Part shown: positions 63,552 to 64,000 of the stretch, piece after piece
Position numbering within the stretch: position 1 is the first letter of the stretch
Layout: every line of letters starts with the position of its first letter
NCBI RefSeq assembly: GCF_037042905.1
Contig: NC_087245.1
Location: 5,458,001-5,522,000 of the forward strand
Direction: 5' to 3'
DNA from: Lytechinus pictus
Taxonomy: Eukaryota
Length of the DNA: 64,000 nucleotides
Translations under genes and position numbers: made by a program
The notes under the pieces: generated by a model
What the model was told of the DNA's origin: nothing
What the model saw: only the letters and a program-made list of their open reading frames with translations
The model's database searches: none

Positions 63552-64000
63552 GTACAGTATTTCCTCCCATTATTTAGTATTCAAATGCTTGGACAATACC
63601 TCATAGTCATATACCTCACATATTCGTTAAACAAACCTTTAGTTTATGGTGCCCTTTTGAGCCCATTTAAATAATTCATGTTGAATAGTTGGTAAAAAAA
63701 AAAGTTGGAATGAGGGGACTTGTTCCATATGTTAACAACTCTGTATAAGCCTTCTGAACTTTGTGAAATTCATGGAGTGGCTTCTTTTTCTGAGGTATCC
63801 CAATCTCTCAAAGAAGTTTTCTACTTTTTTTTATCTGTGTCATGATCTTATGTTTGTATTAAATCTCCAGCTCTCTTCTCCATTCTAGAGTATTCAGCTT
63901 CGGTTTGGCAAATTTTTCTTCATATAATACCTTCATAGTTTTAAATAGTTCAATTTTTAGTGGTATGAATAAATATCTATGTTATTTTGTTTTTGTTCAA

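Overview
AT-rich animal genomic DNA with spliceosomal introns; the MITE repertoire looks echinoderm/sea-urchin-like, which is an inference. Genes read directly from the sequence: one isolated STAM exon (2993-3065, +), three coding exons of CMC1 (16104-18319, -), the first four exons of a spliced coiled-coil gene of the BEN-protein architecture type (56545-63551, +) behind an EnSpm/CACTA-like end, and an intact Tc1 DD34E transposase (795-1823) with a head-to-head inverted twin. The dominant structure is a 28.3-kb foldback unit (21269-49536). It is bounded by a 9-bp direct repeat (CTAAATGCA) placed symmetrically outside ~140-bp inverted termini. Its two arms are inverted arrays of one ~181-bp satellite: a heterogeneous higher-order array (~47 monomers, +) and a nearly invariant array (~85 monomers, -) of one variant found in the first. 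The spacer holds decayed monomers and a triple-nested TE cluster. The rest is MITEs, TE relics and microsatellite. All alignments were done by eye; no database searches were run.
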